From the NCBI GenBank assembly GCA_966211885.1, contig CBIHQM010000001.1, positions 1 through 44,358 of the forward strand: a DNA stretch of 44,358 nt. Reading direction: 5' to 3'. Source of the DNA: an uncultured Chryseolinea sp. Its GTDB lineage: Bacteria > Bacteroidota > Bacteroidia > Cytophagales > Cyclobacteriaceae. Below are positions 43,714 to 44,358 of this stretch, in pieces. Each line of letters begins with the position of its first letter. The first letter of the stretch is position 1. The notes beneath the pieces were generated by a model, which did no database searches, was not told the origin of the DNA, and worked only from the letters and a program-made list of their open reading frames with translations. The position numbers were made by a program, and so were the translations under genes.

Positions 43714-44358
43714 TTACGATTTTAACAATTCAAACGAAAATACGCTTCCCTTCCCGATGTGACTCTCCACTTTTATCTTACCACCCTGGGCCTCGATAAA
43801 TTCCTTGGAAATGGCAAGTCCCAGGCCCGTGCCCGAAGGTGTGCCGGGTACCTGGAAGAATTTTTCGAATATCCTGTTCAGATATTTCTCCTCTATGCCG
43901 GGGCCGTGGTCTTCGACAGAAAAAATGATAGCGCCGTTCTCTGATTTGCAGCGCACCGTCACCGTTTCATTTTCCGGACTATAGCGGATGGCGTTGGTGA
44001 GGAAATTCACCAATACCCATGTCGTCTTGTCCCGGTCGGCTTGCAGGGATGGGATGTCGTGAAACGGCTCCACGGTTATGGCTACATGTTTTCGTTCGGC
44101 TTGAAATTTCACGGCTTCGGCTGCCAGGTGGATGATGTCGCCCGCGTCGGCCTTGCGGATGTTGAGTTTGATGTTACCGGTTTCCACTTGCGAAAGATCC
44201 AGCAGCTCGTTGGTGATCTTCGAAAGGCGGCTGACTTCATCGTCGAGTGTGTGGATGATGTTGTGTTGTTCTTCGTTCAGCTCGCCGACTCGTTTGTCCT
44301 GCAGCAGACGCGTACACATTTGCAGTGAGGCAATGGGCGTTTTTAGTTCGTGTGAAAT
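43714..44358 (-). CDS. Sensor histidine kinase, C-terminal HisKA + HATPase part (runs off the window)
   Basis: The frame is open to base 44358 and reads ISHELKTPIASLQM (H-box), NFLTNAIRYS, DHGPGI and GTGLGLAI. Confidence 0.92.
   Translation of the reverse strand: MSHELKTPIASLQMCTRLLQDKRVGELNEEQHNIIHTLDDEVSRLSKITNELLDLSQVETGNIKLNIRKADAGDIIHLAAEAVKFQAERKHVAITVEPFHDIPSLQADRDKTTWVLVNFLTNAIRYSPENETVTVRCKSENGAIIFSVEDHGPGIEEKYLNRIFEKFFQVPGTPSGTGLGLAISKEFIEAQGGKIKVESHIGKGSVFSFELLKS

Noticed and set aside
184..44328. Numerous long antisense or alternate-frame ORFs (e.g. 9990..11093, 21340..22389, 22928..24073, 37635..38279)
   Set aside because: They are shadows of well-supported genes on the other strand or frame, with no recognisable motifs.

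Overview
This is a 44.4-kb chromosomal window from a Bacteroidota bacterium. SusC/SusD genes, TAnnTTTG promoters and the absence of Shine-Dalgarno sites support the phylum; a Cytophagales-like aerobe is an inference. It has three nutrient-scavenging blocks. (1) 1-6760 is a cluster of five mostly exported phosphatases. (2) About 6940-31036 is an organosulfur-scavenging locus in two transcription units, split by a divergent nmrA/hxlR pair. It encodes two divergent PstS-fold binding proteins, a SusC/SusD pair, two small membrane proteins (one missing from the ORF track), a fatty-acid-hydroxylase/sterol-desaturase enzyme, an NTF2-like protein, seven Cys-type sulfatases and a formylglycine-generating enzyme, but no glycoside hydrolases. 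(3) 31131-43687 holds cell-envelope proteins, a DUF3500/HupE pair and a modE-modABC molybdate operon with a clear ModE box; a truncated histidine kinase ends the window. The main discovery concerns the two sulfur units. Both are preceded by the same regulatory cassette: a shared palindromic operator overlapping the -7 promoter box, a conserved 5' hairpin, and an unannotated leader peptide ending in a Cys run (…GSCCCCC* and …MGCCC*). The transport proteins are also almost free of Cys and Met (SusC has 0 Cys and 3 Met in 1040 aa). Together these point to a cysteine-attenuated, sulfur-starvation SusC/D 'sulfur utilisation locus'.
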